Source of the DNA: Styela clava
Lineage: Eukaryota
Assembly: GCF_964204865.1 (NCBI RefSeq)
Contig: NC_135260.1
Coordinates: forward strand, 6,386,001 to 6,450,000
Length of the DNA stretch: 64,000 bases
Direction of reading: 5' to 3'
The translations under genes were made by a program, and so were the position numbers. Shown in pieces: positions 48,813-62,576 of this stretch (the stretch's first letter is position 1; every line of letters starts with the position of its first letter). The notes below the pieces were generated by a model, which was not told the DNA's origin, searched no databases, and saw nothing but the letters and a program-made list of their open reading frames with translations.

Positions 48813-51759
48813 ATGAACACGCCAAACAAGTCCAGTGTTCCTCCTGTACCACCAAAGCGCAAAAGTCCAACCGACCGACAGATGCGTTCAACTGCTACAA
48901 TGACTTCAACAATTGAAGTTGATGACATCACTAGTCTGGTATCTGTACTGGAAGGTACAGTTTTGAAAACCCTTCGTCTTGAGATTCCTGCCATCATTGA
49001 GCAACATCTCGATAAATCGAGCTTCAATGTGACCCAGGACACCACCAATACCTTGAATTTGGAGAAGTCAATAACATCACTGACGGAGTCTATGAATGAG
49101 ATCAAATACGAATTATCATCTTTCCGTGAGATCAAGAACGAGATACACGAAATCAAAAAGAGTCAGGATTTTGTGTCAAAAAAATTTGATGAGCTCAGAT
49201 CGAACCAAGACGAGCTCAATAAGATAGCAACGAAAACTAAAAAAAGAGTAGCGGAGCTGGAACAACTTGTGGAAGAACTAGAGGAGGAAGTTGACATACT
49301 CACAGAAAGGCAGCAAGATCAAGAGCGTCGCTCCAGGTTGGACAATTTGGAATTTCATAACATACCCTACACTAACGGGGAAGACTGTGAAAACCTAATT
49401 TCTAAAATTTGTAAGAAAATTGAAGTTCCTTTGCAATCCATTGATGTATCGAATTGCCACAGGATGTCGAAAAACAATAAAAAATTATTGCCAAGTTTGT
49501 CAACAGAAAAACCGAATACTAATGAATCGTCGTAAACTGACATCTCTCGACATCTCTACAATATTTTCGAACTTTCCCAGAACCACCAAAGTATTCGTTG
49601 TAGAAAACCTCACAGACACAAACAGAGATTTGTTCTACAAAGCCAGGGAACTGAAACAAGAGTGCGGTTATAAATTCCTGTGGACCAACCAGGGCTGGGG
49701 AGCCGGAGCTGGAGTCGGAGCCTGGAGCCATGGAGCCGTTACATTTTGATGGAGCCGGAGTTGGAGTTGGAGCCAAGCTTTTCATAACAGATGGAGCTGG
49801 AGCCGGAGCTGGAGCTACCAAAAATTTAGTGGCTCCAGGCTCCAGCTCCTAAATATCTCATTTTTTGTTTTTCAAATTTATAATTTTTTTCTAATAGCGT
49901 TACAAATGATAAAATCTTCTCTTTTCAGCTTATAATTCATTTTAAAAATTTTAGTTCCTAATATTTTTTAAAAAGTTCCCAGTTATTCTGTATGTTTGAA
50001 AGTTTAGTATCAGAATTTGAAGCGATTCGCTTTTATCAAAATTTTGATTCCCATTTCCACTAAGCTGCAATTTTTCATGATTGCGGTCAAGCTCAAAAAC
50101 CCTAATGGCCAGGGATTTTCGAAGAAGTGATTTTGGAATTTCCATGTAACATATTATGATTTTTTCGTGGCGTTGAATATCCAATCCATTTCAAATGTCT
50201 TCAATTCTGTTCAACGTATCTCGAGATTGAGTCGTTTTACGACAAAAGAAAGGTTTAACTACTCCAAAATGCACCGCAGCAGTCACCTATCATAAAAATG
50301 TATGGCAAAGTGCCCCATTATATCTTGTTCTGATCCATAACATAGCATGTTCTGGAGAAAAGTCTCATCAATTTCCGTTGTTATTTTTTGAATATATAAA
50401 AAGTATATCGCGAGTAAGATTGATTGCGTTTAGATTTATTTTAGTGACTGTATAATTTTCAAAGTCAACCGGTAAATAATATGTCGTAGACAAAAAAAAT
50501 AATGAGATTAACAAGGCATTTTTTTTAGCTGTTGGGAGTCTCCTAGAACAAAGTTTATAGTGTTTTCCGTTTCATTTTAGTATCTTATAATAACTCTCCA
50601 ATGTGGAAATTCGGCTTGCGAATTGACTTCTCTATTTATCTTTAACATCTCATCGCTGATAATTATGAAAACGCCTCGATTCTAGAACCAACTTTTGGCC
50701 TGATTTGGGAGAGGGGGACGGCATCTAATTGGGTGACGATGGTAATTTCCATTATTTTGGGTCTGCTTATTCAATTTGTACCATAAAATACTGCCTCCCC
50801 GTCAGGCCAGTTTAAATTATCATGAGTTGAAGGGCTATTGCCGTTACTATCACATGTGCGTTGCATTTCGTGAAAAGCGTCAATTGTTTTCGTCTCCATA
50901 AACATTAGGCCATAAAATCTTTTATTTCAGTGTTTATATTTCCCTTAATCACAATTTCTCAAGATATGTTTTGTGTCACGCACCATATTTGTGAGAAAAC
51001 GAGTTATTACATAATCATCGGTGATGAAATTCTAAGATAAATAAAGAAGTCAATACGCAAACCAAATTTTCCTGATTAAAAAGCGACATTATAAAATACT
51101 AAAAATAAAACAGAAAACACCATAAGTTTTGCTTTAGAATGGCCCACGACAGATTTTATTTGGCCGGCATGATTGCCAGTTATGTTGAACACAATTAAAT
51201 TAAAAAGACAGTTATTATGGGTTTAATATTATGTGGTAGAAAAAGTCATTATGAGCTATTTTACCGAATGCGCAAACGCTGCGACCATTCCAGAAGCCGA
51301 TTTTCCATCCCGTCTTATTGTGGGGTTATATGTAAAACCCTTATATGCTGGGTATACCGATTCGTCTGGAGATACAGCATATAATAACTCTCAGTGGATT
51401 CACAAGTTACATGCAGGAACAAAAAGGAATTATCATGACACCGACTTGAAGGGTGTTTACAGCCTAAATAACATGCCACACTTAGAAAACAATTAGCAAA
51501 ATGCGTTATTGGGCTGCACTACTGATAATGGCTACGGAGCCGGAGCTGGAGCCAGCTCCGGCATAAAAAAATGAAGCTCCGGAGCCGGAGTTGGAGCTAA
51601 AGATTGAATACACTGCGACTCCGGAGCTGGAGCCGGAGCCATCATGATTTCGAACCAGCTCCCCAGCCCTGCCAACAATGGAAAAGTCCTCATAAAAAAA
51701 ATTCTAATACGGCTACCATCCCCATCATCACTGAAGACGACCTGCTCTCTATAAAGTAG
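48813..51759 (+). pseudogene. LINE ORF1 (frameshifted, split by insertion 49690..51671)
   Basis: QERRSRLDNLEFHNIP..GEDCENLI..DVSNCHRM, KVFVVENLT..NRDLFYKAR..GYKFLWTN|NGKVLIKK. Confidence 0.85.
49690..51671. mobile_element. Non-autonomous hAT-like element with a 5-bp TSD
   Basis: TIR CAGGGCTGGGGAGC / GCTCCCCAGCCCTG; GGAGCC/GGAGCT hexamer arrays at both ends; TSD CCAAC (49685-49689, 51672-51676), confirmed by restoration of ORF1 WTNNGK. Confidence 0.9.
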
Positions 51760-54272
51760 GTCATTGTATTATAGTTATTTCTTATTAATTGATATTCTTA
51801 TTAATTATTCATTCTGGTTCCATTTCTTATATTTCCATATACGTAAATGCCGAATCATTGTGATTATTTGTTAGATTATAGTGATAATGGTTCTAATAGT
51901 TTAAAATACCTAAAATCAAATAGTGGTTGTGATTGCAGCAACATTGAAGTAACCGATCTGAAAGATATCCAAACTAATTCGGGCTTGACAATTATCCACA
52001 CTAATATTCGGTCAATTAGAAAAAATATTGATCAACTAACTACCTTATTGTCTAATTTATCTCCCTCCCCCCATATAATGGCAGTGAGCGAAACCAAATT
52101 AAATAGTAATAATTTTGATAATATAAGCATCGACGGTTATAGATTCGTACACACACCGTCTGCCTCCAAGGCAGGCGGAGTGGGTGCTTTCATCAGAAAT
52201 GATATCGAATTTACAAAGTCTACTGAATATCATTTAAATTATATTAACTGTGAGGATATATGGCTCGATATAGACTTGGAAAACATATCCAAAAGGTTGA
52301 CCATTGGCATTATATATAAACACCCAAGAAACGATATTCCTGCTTTCACAAACATATTAGAAAACTGCCTCACCAAATTGACAAAAAAACATTTTATAAT
52401 TGTGGGAGATCTCAACATAAATCTACTTGCAACAAGACCTTGTCCCCAAATCACCAATTATATTAATATGCTTGTTGCTCACAACACTATTTCTCTTATT
52501 ACAAAGCCTACAAGGGTTACCAGAACCTCAAGGACACTCATAGATCATATATATACCAACATGACTCACCTAAAATTAGATCCTTATGTTATATTATCCA
52601 ACATCACTGATCACTTTCCTTTAATATGCTGTGTTAATGGCATCAAACCATCAACCAACAATGAGCTTGTCATGATAAGGGATATGTCTGCATTTCCATT
52701 GATGCATTTCGGTCAGATACACACGACCTAATTAATATTCACTTTGCTGCGTTGGACTTGAATTCTCAAAATTTTGACACATTATTTGAAGATTTCACAA
52801 ATTCTTTTGCTGCTCTAATCCACCGCCATGCGCCATTTAGACCGTTGTCGCGTCGTGAAAAAAAAATAAAACCCAAGCCATGGATTTCCAAAGGAATACT
52901 TATTAGTATTCGCTACAGGCGTAAGATGTTCAAAACCCACTACCTGAAGGGCAATAGTTCTCAATGCTCATTTTTTAAAAAGTATCGTAACTTACTGACT
53001 CATACAATTGACAATGCAAAGCAATTGTATTATCAAAACCTGATCGATCAAAACAAAGGCAACCCAAAGTCTACATGGCGAATCGTTAATCAGATTACCT
53101 CCAGAAAGAATAAATTGAGGCATAATGTTGATGAAATTCATCTTGATAACGGCTGCATCATTAGGGATAGTCATTTCATAGTACAAGAATTCAACAAGTA
53201 CTTTTCAACTGTTGGGTCCAGCCTCTCTGATAAATTCTCTGATGATATGGTCGGTTTTAAAATGTATCTTGGCAAACGAATAAATCAATCCATATTTCTG
53301 AGTCCAGCTACAGTAATCGAATTGGCGACTGAAATTTTGAGTCTTAAGGCGGGTAAGGCAGTGGGGGTAGACAACATTCCCTGTCATTTCCTCAAGTATG
53401 CTGTGGACATCATATCTCCATGTCTAACAGACTTTTTCAATAATTCCCTTCAATTTGGTATATTCCCATCTTCACTGAAGATAGCCAGAGTGGTTCCGAT
53501 CTTTAAATCTGGCAATAAAAAACAGTTGTCAAACTATAGACCTATATCCATTCTATCTTCTATTGATAAAATATTTGAGCGTTTAATCCATAAAAGGCTA
53601 ATGAACTTCTTTATAAAGCATGAGGTAATAAATAAATCTCAATTTGGTTTTCAAAGTAAACATTCGACTTCGCATGCAATTTTAGATACAATATCCCATA
53701 TCTATGATAAACTGGAAAAGAAGGAATATGTTAGCGCAACATTCTTAGACCTCAAAAAAGCTTTTGATACCGTTAATCATAAAATTTTAATCCACAAGCT
53801 ATGGCACTATGGTATTCGAGGAGTGGCAAATAAACTCCTCGATAGTTACCTGACGAATAGATCTCAATATGTTCAAATGGGTAAATATTGTTCTCCGGCG
53901 TTAGCTGTGACCCACGGCGTCCCACAGGGATCTTGCTTAGGACCGACTTTGTTTCTTATCTTCATCAATGACCTTTCTCGAAGCACCACACTTTTTTCCA
54001 AACTCTTCGCTGACGACACAAATCTTCTTGATAGTGACAAGTCTTCTGATATTCTTCAATCGAGAGTAAACACTGAAATAAATAAAGTAGCTAATTGGAT
54101 GAAACTCAACAAACTAACTCTTAATGTTGACAAATCAAAGACCATGCTAATATCACCAATAAAACGAAAAACCAAGGTTACTTCAAAACTTGAAATTGGG
54201 GGCACTGTTCTTGAGAATGTCAATTCTTACAAATATTTAGGCATCCACCTTGACAGTAAAATGCAATGGGAT

Positions 54273-57200
54273 CAGTGTTAACTCTAAGGAAATTATGAGT
54301 GCGAAAGTGCTTCGCAGTCGAAAAAAAAAGTGCGAAAGTGCCTTTTTTTCGATTTTAACAACAAAGTGCTTTTTTCGATTTTAACAAGTTAGGTGCCCTA
54401 GCTTTTGTTATAACTCATTTCAGACATAAATACTGGAAACAGTGCTCATTCTGTGAATTTCACGAATTAAAAAGAGTCTCTCTGTTCCTTTAAATCTTGA
54501 TTAAAACGAGAGAATTTATCGGCAAGGAAAGACACCTGCTGAGCACACCTGTCGCGATTTGAAGCAAATTCATCACTAACGAAAGGACACCTGCTTGGCA
54601 CACCTGTCGTGAACGAAACTTTCCTGCAATCAACCACCGGAGTCAATTGCTCGAATGACCTGCAAATCCTTGCACATTCGTGTTACTGCCGGCCATAGAT
54701 CGATACCAAACTTCGCCTTAGGATTACATTAATGTTTCGTCGTTTCAGATAACTGTTACATGGTGTTTCCACATGAGGTCTGTGCATAAAAGGATTTGCA
54801 GGCGGAGCCAGAACCAACCGGATAATTATCAATTTGTTAAGACGGTATTTTTCTCAAATCATAACATACATTTTGCATGAGTGGCCCACCAAATATCCCG
54901 GGGGTCAACCCTTGTTTTCAACGAGAGAAAGTTACAAGGCTTCGATATCAAGTAACAAAATTGCACAGTTCACACATTTGTTTTATTCACAAATAAAAAT
55001 ACAAAAGCGAACGAATAAAAATGGATGGCGTGGCTTCTGCAGCCCGTTCGTGGCGACGTAGCTTGGAATCTTTCCAATGTTGCAAGACATCCATGAAGAA
55101 TGATTCCGCTTTGTCTGCTTTTATGGATGTCTCCCCGCCACATCTCAGAAGCATTGTTAGGTGTCTGCTGCTAAGCCTATTCCTACAAAAGTGGTATTCA
55201 TCAATATCAAATATAGTCCTATTTTCTAAATAAATAAGTAAGAAGTTTTCTCAAATTCTCATACTTTCAAAATTATAATAATTTTTACCTGTGTTTCGTC
55301 TTAATTATGTTTATTGAAGAAAACCCTCGTTCGGCCCCCGAGGTACCGGCTGCGAAAACTTGTAGGACTTTGCCCAGCACTTGAAAGCATGGGTACCGGT
55401 ACTCGGGCGCTGCCGCTAAGTACTTGCATACCTGTAATTTATTTGCATATATTAAATTAGGTTTCATATGCTTCGAAGCTAAGTGCGTGTGTGTTGGATG
55501 AGAGATCAGAAGCATACGACAAATAAATACAAATGGTAGCTACCGATTAGAACTTACGTTCTCCATAGCCGGTATTTGGAGAATATGCAGATCATGACGA
55601 AGATTCTGCCATTCCATCACTACTGCCTCTTTGTTTGTGAATTCTTCGATCAAAGGTCCACATTGTCTAATTTTCTTATAATGAACTCAGAAATGTAAGT
55701 AACATACGTGCAGATTGCGGTTCCTGTTTTCTTATCGTGTATAATATATGGAAACTCTCTTTTCCATTTCTCCGGCCAAGCGTCAAGCTCTAAAATATCA
55801 TGTCGTTGTTTCTTTTTCTCTGCCATGCCTACTAAAATAATTTCTAAGAAAGTAAAGTGGTAAATGCCTCGTTCATAATTACGGGTAAAATTGGCTTAAC
55901 GTAATATTAGGAAGTGGAATTGTAATTAATCTACCACAAATTGATTGCACACTAACACGCCATGCGATGATTCATATTCTAAGCTAAGCCTATTTTATCA
56001 TAATAAATCTATGACAAACTTTTTCCATCCTCGTAGGTAGGTCAAATCTGGGCGTTATCGCTTTAGTATACCACGCTTGCTCGTTCGATAGAATATGCTT
56101 GAAAGTAGTCGCTCCTCTTCCAGTTTTATAAGATTGTTTGTCGTCATGTTTCTCCGGCTCCCTTTTTCATTCTTTATCGATTGTTGTGTTGTTGAAAAAA
56201 AAAGGGCTAACCTACTTTCTCTTCAAACCTTTTTCTCCAAAATATTGCACAATATTACTTTGAAAGTCATCTCCCGCTTTACGAGATAGGTTGACCTACT
56301 TTCACTCCGAAGATTTTGTTCTCCGCTATTTAAGCAATATCACTTTGATAGAGGCCACCCGCTGTTTCAAGCAAGCGATAAGTTAACCTACTTTCCCTTC
56401 AAACCTTTTTCTCCAAAATATTGCACATTTGCTCAATATTACTTTGAAAGTCATCTCCCGCTTTACGAGATAGGGTAACCTACTTTCACTCCGAAGATTC
56501 TTTTCTCCGATATATTAAGCAATATCATTTTGATAGACACCACCCGCTGTTTTATGAGATAAGTTAACCTACTTTCCCTTCCAACTTTTTCTCCTAAATA
56601 TTACACAAGATCACTTCTAAAATCTTTCCCCGTTTCGTGATCCTAAACTAGCTTTTAGCCTAATTTATCGTTTACATTAATGTTATACTATTTCAGAGCT
56701 TACGCAAAGACAAGCAATTTTTTAAAATGTCGGCATGCCTTGATTTGCGTGCGAGTTAGTTAAAATCGGGTAGAAAACATCATATATAGGCAGAATTTGC
56801 GAAGTAACACAAAATACAACGAGGATGATTCTCGAAAATTGAAATTAAAGCATTGCACCAAAAGTGTGTTTCACGACGACATAATGCGTTTAATAATTTA
56901 AAAGGTATGGTCGTTCACAGCGAAATTCCAGTTACATATAGCACACCTTTCTTTGCCTGTCGGTGTTGGTGAATATTTTGCAAGTCCTATTTTAAACATC
57001 GACCATTTATCCGTAGTCAGCGGGTATCCGCATTCAGAAATAAAACACTAAAAATCGCGAAAATTAATTTTAGAGAGAACTATAACATGCAGATATCAGT
57101 AGCCTCATAATGGTTTGTATGTACAAAAACGCGCTCGCTTGTAGCGCCGAACAAATGCATGAAATGTGGAACTATTACTTGGAATTTATTGTTATTGAAG

Positions 57201-58903
57201 TTGATTTTTTATTGCCATTTAATGACTATTTACATGCGCGGTGTGATTAGTGGCGAGCAAAATATATTATATTTCGGACAGAATTGTGGGTTCACATCGG
57301 CGAAGATGTTAAAGACCACTATTACGGAGTGCATTCACAACACAATTTAATTTTATCCTGATTTTTATCTTCTGTGTAGGATTTGTATCACAGTTTGTAA
57401 ATTAGGGTCGCAATTTTTTTAGGCGAACAATATTACCATTACTGACCCCGGGATGCGATATTTGTGAGGCGGATAGTTGGTATTTCCATGCTTTTGATTT
57501 TAGATCGTGTCGGTGTAACTTTCGTAATAAATAATATTTTAAAACTCCGCATATTGGTAATCTCTTGAATACTCAGTGTCGAGTATTCACGTAACTCAGA
57601 TTTGAGTTAAAACACTGATACTAAACTCGTGAATGAATCGGCAATAATGGCATTTCTACATGGTTAAAATAAAAATATGTTTTCCCGATATCTTGAGAAA
57701 TTTCCATAAATACATTATTTGCATGGTCGACGTTTCTAAGTTTACAAAAACGGTGCTGACACGCTCTGTGCAAAATTAGGAATTGAATTTCTTTTCTTAC
57801 ATTTATCGTTTCTACCTGTTAGCGATAGCCCTAGGTTAGCTCTTACCCGTAAATCGTTGTAAATTAATGTTATTAAATTCTATTTGGCTTTTCAATGCGC
57901 TGTGATTCGTATTCATAAAAGTGATTGAGTAGGGAAAACTACGTCCTTAAATTAACTTATAACCCTCCTCTCCTTTTATGCACCCACGACCGCGGTAAAA
58001 TTCGTTTCATGTCTGTTTCATGGAGAGAAAGGAAAATACACCTCCGGAATTGCAATCAACAATTACAATTACACATTCTTATTTATCATTATCAGCGCTA
58101 AATAATAAAGATAAGATATGGTAATGACAACAGTATGTCGGTTTTAATTGTGTTACGGTCACAAATATTCTGGACATTAATATCATAACCTCGCATATCA
58201 ATGAGAAATGGATGCAATGTCGCAAAATTCCGAAAAATGCCACGTGCTTTTAACATTCCTGGTTACAATGCAATGGCTGTTACTAAGGCATATGATATGA
58301 TATGTGTTTTGTGAATTTGATGATTTTGCAAAGTTTCTTCTAATTCAAAAAAAAATGCATAAGCGTACATTATATTACTAAATAATGTCGTGTCGGGTTT
58401 CAGAACTTTCTAAATCCAGTAAAATCTCTTAAGAAGGAAACAAAGGCCCGTCAAACTTGCACCAGAAAATCGTTTCATTTTGTGGCAATTCGTTGATGTC
58501 ACATGACCACACTCTCCTTCAAAGAAACTCACCGCGATTACGCCGTTGGAGCGTTTTGCGGGAGAAGCATACGCGTGCTTGTATAATAATCATATTATTA
58601 ACAAGAATTTTGCGGTTAATGCAAAAGCTTTATCTTCTATGTCTGCATCTCATAGGTTAGAATTCCGGTAAATATCGTTATGATATGCAGAAGTGAGTTA
58701 CAAAAGTACTGGTATGTTACTTATTTGACAACTTAAGACTCACATAAACATATTTTTCAATTTTGAATTTTTTTCCTTTCAAAATCAGAAAAAAGTGCTA
58801 TTTCTTTTCAAAATCGGAAAAAAGTGCTATTTCGCAGTCCCTAAAAAAAGTTGCGAAAGTGCTTCGCACTTTTCGCAAAAAAGTGCGCTAATAGTGAACA
58901 CTG
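54273..58903 (-). mobile_element. 4.6-kb hAT deletion derivative with intron-containing transposase remnant (ZNF862/C17orf113-like)
   Basis: TIR CAGTGTTAACT / AGTGAACACTG; perfect TSD AATGGGAT (54265-54272, 58904-58911); AAAGTGC subterminal repeats; spliced remnant VFAAGTSGAERGFSSINIIKTKHR^NRLSSRHLTMLLR with intron 55183-55288. Confidence 0.9.
56205..56640 (+). repeat. ~88-bp tandem repeat with an alternating A/B dimer structure inside the hAT element
   Basis: ACCTACTTT anchors at ~56210, 56294, 56386, 56478, 56567; units 1/3/5 are alike and units 2/4 are alike. Confidence 0.8.
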
Positions 58904-60670
58904 AATGGGATATTCAAATATCCAACATTGTTGTTAAATTATCCAAGTCTATAGGGATGCTTTATAGACTTAGACGGTATGCTTCAATGTCAACATTACG
59001 CTTAGTTTATTACGCCTTGTGTCAGTCCCATATTCAATATGGCATCGTAGCTTGGGGATCAGCTAACAAAACTTCATTACATCGCATTGAAATAATGCAA
59101 AACAGGGCAATTCGTGCACTTACTAATGCCGGACCTCGATCAAAATTAGACTCCCATTATCATAAAATGCAAATAATTAAAATGGCAGATATCTATAAAA
59201 TTGAAGTACTAAAATTTATGCATCAGCATCAGAATAATGAACTGCCTATTGCATTCACTAATTATTTTTTTAAACAAAGTGCTATACATTCATATGCAAC
59301 TCGATCCGCTACCAACAGCTCTTATTATGTAACCCGTTATTCTTCTAAGCTTACACAAAACACTATAAAATTTGTGGGTGTGAAACTATGGAATACGCTT
59401 CCTGATTCTATTCGTTCTAAAAATTATTATCCATTTAAAAAAGCATTAAAAAATCTTTACCTTGATGCTTATATCTCTCAGTAATTTGGCCTTTGTTTGG
59501 ACTATCTGCTTCAGATTTGTGAAAAGATGAATACTGCAAAACACCTATATTGTCTTCATTTGTTTCTTTTTGCACTGTCTCCAAAATATAAAAACAATGC
59601 TGCAATGCGAACGGCATTGTCAATATCACTATTCGTTGATGTATAATTTTGAATATCCTGAGCATTCGGTTATTTCTTTCCCCTTGGCAGTTGTTGGGAA
59701 TTCCCCTTCTGTTTTCTGAAATTTGCAGCGTCATGTTGTTTTCTCTGCGCTCATCTGAGCATTACGTTAATAAGCTAAACTGACTTTAACTATATAATCA
59801 GTAATTACTACAGTTAGTTACTATAATCAGTAATCTCTCGACTCTCTCGATTTTATTTTGCCAAATTGTATTCCCATTTTTGTTAGAGAATAATTAGTTG
59901 ATTTTATTTGACGTCATCTGCTGTTGAACTCAGCAAACACGGTGTCGCTGACACGATGACTCTGGTAGTCTTTCGCGGCCCCGCGTCAATTGCGGAAATA
60001 TTGTGTGCCTTTCTATTTCAATTGATCTTTTTGTTAGCATTTTTTTTTTCTTATTACTTGTGTCGCTACAATATTTCATGCACGACGGAAATAAAATATC
60101 TGAATCTGATTGATCAAAAAAAAAAATCATTCCACCAATGAATGTGAAAGATCGATGTAAATATACGGTATATTCCAATATTATCGTAATTGAAATATTG
60201 TTATAATAATAACGGTTGTATTAAATGTTTACTTTTTTACTGTTGAGTCAAAAATCAGGCCTCTCCATATTAAAAACAAAAATATCGGCTTGAAAAATGT
60301 TTTATATGGATCAGTTTAAAGACTTTCGAATTTCAGTGTTTTTGCAATGCGTCTGTTGATTACATCAATTACCTATTTTTTAAATATAATTATTCATACG
60401 TATTCTGATAGCAATTGAATACCGCGTTTATCAAGTTGTTTGTTAGGCTATTGTCGGTATTTCTTTGACGAGATACATTATTTGGGCTAGGTTGCTGGAG
60501 GATTTTCGGTATTTAAATGTAATTTTCACATAATTGACACTATCAAAAAAAAAATAGAATTGAATCCGGTAGTTCAAGTCCCAGCACGAAAGCTTGTTCA
60601 CAAAGAAACCATCTATATTTCTCTGGACGGTACTAGTCACGAGCTCGTCTTGGCATATTTTAGTATTGCC

Positions 60671-61812
60671 TAGGGTTACCATATCTTTGTGGGCGTGACG
60701 CCTCCAAACACCATAGCAGTGACTTTTGCACCTTTAAATTTTACATTGGGGGCCTACATTTAAAAAATCCCGACCGTCTTCATTGACCATATTGTAATCG
60801 GAAGTTCATGCGCTGTCTGTCTAAATATCGGTTCCAGTTCAAAAAATGTAATTAAATTTACGTTAGCCACCCTTTTGGCGCACGAGCTAGGCTTACACGT
60901 AAGAAAATGTAGCAATTATCCGCTAACAAAATAACGAAACAAACAAAACTACGCACGCACTTTCAGTAAGAAGGTGCAGCGTACCGGCAGTCTATGAAAT
61001 AATTATCCAAGTTCAGAATATCTTCCAATATGGTCTGACGCCAAAGTTCTTCTCAATATTCACTTCAAGTTATGCAATTTTATTCTATTTATTAATTATC
61101 AATCTTAATACAACGAAATACTCCAAACACTCCAAAACAACGGAAAGCATACAACAAAAACAACAGACACCAGACAGCAAAATACAAGAAAGCAACATAC
61201 ACCACAAAAACACCGACGCACCCGAAATCGAAGACACCCTCAACAGAAGCCACAAACAATTTCACATGCGCACAACATCCGAACAGCACCGATGATAGCC
61301 AACTCCATGACAACAACCAAAAACACAACGCTAAACAAACTGCTACGGCACCGCACCCACACAACAACATCGGCCCACTGTCCAGCACAAAAAGATTCAA
61401 CCAACCCCAACAGTCACAAACAAACATCCCCGACCACCCACCGGAAACAAGAGGCACCCCCTCAGACACCCAAAACCAAACATCCAACCGAAAAACAACC
61501 TCACTCAGACAACTGCACCCCGCCAACCCACAGCACCCGCCAACAGGCCACACCCCCAAAAAAACGACCGACAGCGCCCAAAACACCAAACATGGAAACA
61601 ACATTATATTACATCACCCAACAGATAAAACAAGGGTAGACACAAAGGCTAACGGTACGGTACATAGCAGCAACAGTATCAAGAGCATTCTAATTGGTTC
61701 GTGTATTATGCTGACTGATTAAACGCCAAAGCGGGACATTTGGCTGACCTGCCGGGACAAGACGTTGAAAAGCGGGACTGTCCCGCCTACAGCGGGACGT
61801 ATGGTAAGCCTA
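60671..61812. mobile_element. hAT (Blackjack-like) non-autonomous element
   Basis: TIR TAGGGTTACCATA / TATGGTAAGCCTA; perfect TSD GTATTGCC; GCGGGAC subterminal repeats. Confidence 0.88.
61100..61643 (-). mobile_element. AC-rich segment, probable solo/partial LTR related to the Gypsy LTR at 62671
   Basis: Right end AGATAAAACAAGGGTAGACACA matches AGATAAAACAAGGGTCGTCACA (62650-62671); left boundary uncertain. Confidence 0.5.
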
Positions 61813-62007
61813 GTATTGCCTCATGTCTAACTCTGTTTTATCAGTTCTACGTTAGTACGTGAGAACAATCTTCAAGTATCCAAACAGTTACTTTTCTGCA
61901 ATTCGAAGATGACATAAATTAAAAGCCTCAAATTGCTGTGTTCAGTCGTAATGAATCAGACCACTTTGACAAAAGTCGATAAGTTAAATCCTTTCTTTCC
62001 CATAGTA

Positions 62008-62422
62008 CAGTGGTTCTCGAACTTTTTGAAAAATTATGCCTTGTCCCCTTTCAATTTTTATGATGACTCGCGGTTCACTAAATAAATGAGAGCAAAGGGC
62101 AACGCGGTATATCAAGCATTCATCTATTATTCATGACATTAAAATAGTTCAATGAGATGGGTGCGCCTCACGTCCATTCTGTTTCAATAGCGAGTAACGT
62201 AGGAAAAGCTGCCTCACATTCGTAAATAGTTGCAAATGGGATGAGCATTTTTAGTGCCATCTTAGCGACATCGGGATAGGGCGGTGCCACTGTGATTTTC
62301 TTTTCCTTCAGAACTATTACAGCGAAACCAAATCTTACATATGAATCGTTATATCTAAATTTATTATTTATGGCAGGAGGACATTTTAAGTAACCCCGAG
62401 AAAATTCATAATCAGATGCACA
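62008..62422 (-). mobile_element. hAT Charlie/Buster deletion relic
   Basis: End CAGTGGTTCTC; fused N- and C-terminal remnant KFRYNDSYVRFGF..YPDVAKMALKMLIPFATIYECEAAFPTL. Confidence 0.7.
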
Positions 62423-62576
62423 CTAGGGCTGGGAATGGTTAACCGGTCAACCGAGTTTAAATGGTTAACAGACACAAGAAAAACCTAAAACACTAAAAAT
62501 CCAACTAAAACAACCACAACTGCACTGCTGCAAACCGCAGCATAGGCTAACAGGATACCAAAAGACAGATCGACAG

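Larger units (their letters stand above)
51847..59484 (+). pseudogene. LINE ORF2: AP endonuclease + reverse transcriptase (frameshift ~52700-52750; split by insertion 54273..58903)
   Basis: HTNIRS, VSETKL, VGDLNI, LIDHI, TDHFP (APE); NYRPISIL, QFGFQ, FLDLKKAFDTVNH, GVPQGSCLGP, LFADDT, YKYLG (RT); resumes at ...QWD|IQISNIVVKLSKSIGMLYRLR. Confidence 0.92.
48750..59500 (+). mobile_element. CR1-group (Crack/Daphne/L2-like) LINE, near full length, disrupted by two DNA-transposon insertions and frameshifts
   Basis: ORF1 (coiled coil plus L1-ORF1/FP25K-like region) followed by ORF2 (APE endonuclease + RT); both rejoin once 49690..51671 and 54273..58903 are removed. Exact element ends not determined. 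Confidence 0.92.

Noticed and set aside
48749-49156. Antisense ORFs over LINE ORF1/ORF2, the Gypsy integrase and the ficolin-like exon 1
   Set aside because: Shadow frames of real coding sequence on the opposite strand.
61092-61639. ORFs 61092..61604 (-) and 61292..61639 (+) as genes
   Set aside because: They result from extreme AC/GT strand skew in an LTR-like segment, with low-complexity translations.
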